Under the pieces are notes generated by a model. That model did not search any database and was not told where the DNA came from. It was given only the letters and a program-made list of their open reading frames with translations. From positions 240,001 to 272,000 of the forward strand of contig ACYB01000035.1 of NCBI GenBank assembly GCA_000175855.1: 32,000 nt of DNA, written 5' to 3'. Position numbers and translations under genes: made by a program. Origin of the DNA: Raphidiopsis brookii D9 (GTDB lineage: Bacteria > Cyanobacteriota > Cyanobacteriia > Cyanobacteriales > Nostocaceae). Shown here piece by piece: positions 29,939 to 32,000 of the stretch. Numbering within the stretch: the first letter of the stretch is position 1; every line of letters begins with the position of its first letter.

Positions 29939-30349
29939 CTAGGTCCCTTTTAAAATACTGAGGACAAAAAGACTAATAATACAAGCAGAAGCAACTCCAA
30001 ACATCAAAGAGCGAAGAATGGGTATATTCAGTATGTAGAAGACTGAAAACAGAACCCGTGCTGTCAAGTAGGCGATCGCCACGTACAGTGCCAATTGAGA
30101 ATCCACTCCTGTTACATAAGCCATAAGAGCTGCAGTACCGTAAATCATGAAAGACTCAAAACAATTCTGATGGGCCCAGGTGGCTCTGCGTGCGTATGGT
30201 GGTAACTTATCAAACATAGAGCGGGGAGCGGACATGTCATAACCCACTTTTACCCTGGCATAGGCTACTAGTAGATACGGAAGATAAATTGTAACTGCAG
30301 CTAATGGGATGGAATACAGTAAGGTGGAAGGAACTGGAAGATTTAGCAT
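29939..30349 (-). CDS. MAPEG family membrane protein
   Basis: 136-aa four-TM protein with AHQNCFESFMIYGTAALM and AYLTARVLFSVFYI typical of MAPEG proteins. Confidence 0.85.
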   Translation of the reverse strand: MLNLPVPSTLLYSIPLAAVTIYLPYLLVAYARVKVGYDMSAPRSMFDKLPPYARRATWAHQNCFESFMIYGTAALMAYVTGVDSQLALYVAIAYLTARVLFSVFYILNIPILRSLMFGVASACIISLFVLSILKGT

Positions 30350-30437
30350 TTAATTAAGATAAGATAAAGTACTGAATTACACAGTGGTATCGGAGATGTC
30401 TATTAATTCTCCATTTTAAACCGTGCGATCGCCCTCC

Positions 30438-31133
30438 TTAAATATTGCCATAAACGGGAATAGTCGCACCTCGGATATCACCAGCAGCTTCCGAAGCCAA
30501 AAAACAAATTATCTGGCCAATGGATTCGGGTTTCACCCATTCGCCAGCTTTTTCCACACCCATTGCCTCTCTATTCGTGGGTGTATCAATAACACTAGGT
30601 AAAACCGTATTGGCAGTGATATTAGTGCCCCTAGTTTCATCAGCTATAGCCTTAGTTAGAGCTATCACAGCGGCTTTAGAGGCAGAATAAGCTGCTAAGT
30701 TGGCAACAGGGTCTAAACCAGCACGAGAACTAACGGTAACAATACGCCCATAACCATTCTCTAGCATTCTTTTTAAACTATACTTACAGGTTAAGAAAGT
30801 TGTGTAAACATTTAATTCAAATTGATGTTTCCAGTCATCAAAACTGCACTCATGGGTTTTACCATAATAAAAACCACCGACTAAATTAATTAAGACATCA
30901 ACTCTAGTCATGCTATTAACTAGTTCTTCCACCGACAAATCGCTTTCAAGATTTACGGGAACAAATTTAATCCTGGCGATATCCGCAGGAGCTAAAACTG
31001 CTTTCAATCTTTCAACATGGCTAAGATTGCGATAGGGTATAGTGAGGTATGCGCCTTGGGCTAAAACTGTGGGTGTAACGCCTAAACCTAGTCCACTCGT
31101 TCCACCCGTTAGTAAAACTTGTTTTCCTTTCAT
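30438..31133 (-). CDS. Short-chain dehydrogenase/reductase
   Basis: TGGTSGLGLG, NLVGGFYYG, SSRAG, YSASKAAV motifs; 231 aa. Confidence 0.9.
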   Translation of the reverse strand: MKGKQVLLTGGTSGLGLGVTPTVLAQGAYLTIPYRNLSHVERLKAVLAPADIARIKFVPVNLESDLSVEELVNSMTRVDVLINLVGGFYYGKTHECSFDDWKHQFELNVYTTFLTCKYSLKRMLENGYGRIVTVSSRAGLDPVANLAAYSASKAAVIALTKAIADETRGTNITANTVLPSVIDTPTNREAMGVEKAGEWVKPESIGQIICFLASEAAGDIRGATIPVYGNI

Positions 31134-31536
31134 GGAAAATTTCTCCAGATACTTTTTTGCTAACTAAAGTTAACAAATACATAATTTAAGGGTAAACCTT
31201 AACCAAGGACTATCAGCCATTGCACGAAGATAAATTCCTCCTCGTTTTACTCTAGCACTAGTTGCCAAAAATTAGCAAGTGGAAGTCTACTGAGGGATAA
31301 CCGCTCCCATGCTCCCGTTGAAGTAGAAAGTAAAGTCTAGTTTTGTCTAGGTTTTATATAGCAGTAAGAAAACCACAGGAATTAGTTTGGGATTAATTAT
31401 TAGGATCCTCGCTTATTGAGCTAATATCCGTCCCATCCTTTTATAATGAAAATTTGCACTTCATGTAAGTTGTAAGCGACAACTAACAAGAAAGTGAATG
31501 GAGGAAAAAACAGAGATATTATAAGGTAAAAATTCC

Positions 31537-32000
31537 ATGTCAATATTTAACACAGCCATACTTTATGACATTGAAAATCTCACTAAGGGCTATAGCTTTT
31601 CTAAAGACTTTATCAAAGAATTATCATTAAAACAGATATATCGCCAAATTCTGGAGGTAGACATTGTTAATAAAATTTGTTTACAGAGAGCTTATGCGAA
31701 TTGGAGTGACCATAGATTAAGTTTGCTCAGGGGAGAAATTAACGAATTAGGTATAGACCCAATTCAAATTTTTGGATTCGCACGTTATCACAAAAAAAAT
31801 GCTGCTGATATTCAACTAGTAGTTGATACCATGGATATAACTATTCGTTTTCCCCATATTGAAGTGTACGTAATTGTATCCGGGGATGGAGGTTTTGCTT
31901 CTCTAGCAAAAAAATTAACATGAGTATGGTAAACAAGTTATTGGGTGTGCCTACGAGAATGCAGCTAATGATATTTTTAAATCGGTATGTGATTACTTTA
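31537..32000 (+). pseudogene. NYN/PIN-like (LabA-type) domain gene, apparently frameshifted; runs off the window
   Basis: AILYDIENL, VDTMDI, VSGDGGFASLAKKL. The ORF stops at 31923, but the +1 frame continues HEYGKQVIGCAYENAANDIFKSVCDYF to the window end. Confidence 0.8.

Overview
This window covers most of a cyanobacterial saxitoxin / paralytic shellfish toxin (sxt) biosynthesis cluster (about 0.2-25.3 kb), followed by tRNA-Thr, tRNA-Tyr and housekeeping genes (pheS, surE, msrB, MAPEG, SDR, NYN-domain gene). The layout is sxtO-P-Q-R-S-T-U (+); sxtM, a third Rieske oxygenase (sxtDIOX/gxtA-like), a sulfotransferase, sxtL-K-J-I-H-G-F-E (-); sxtA-B-C (+); sxtD (-). The cluster type is known. The strain-level details that stand out are: (1) three paralogous Rieske oxygenases, where the third carries Tyr255 in place of Met255 and sits next to a sulfotransferase, which suggests C11-hydroxylated/sulfated analogues; (2) an unannotated sxtK whose frame is broken by exactly one extra A in a homopolymer; (3) a decayed MATE 3' end between sxtH and sxtI; (4) a TnpB remnant abutting sxtM; (5) an exact 147-nt register of near-identical repeats in sxtP; (6) a glmU remnant joined to another gene's 3' remnant beside tRNA-Thr and tRNA-Tyr at the cluster edge; (7) a one-base frameshift in an NYN-domain gene. 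Gene names come from recalled knowledge of sxt clusters, not from a database search.
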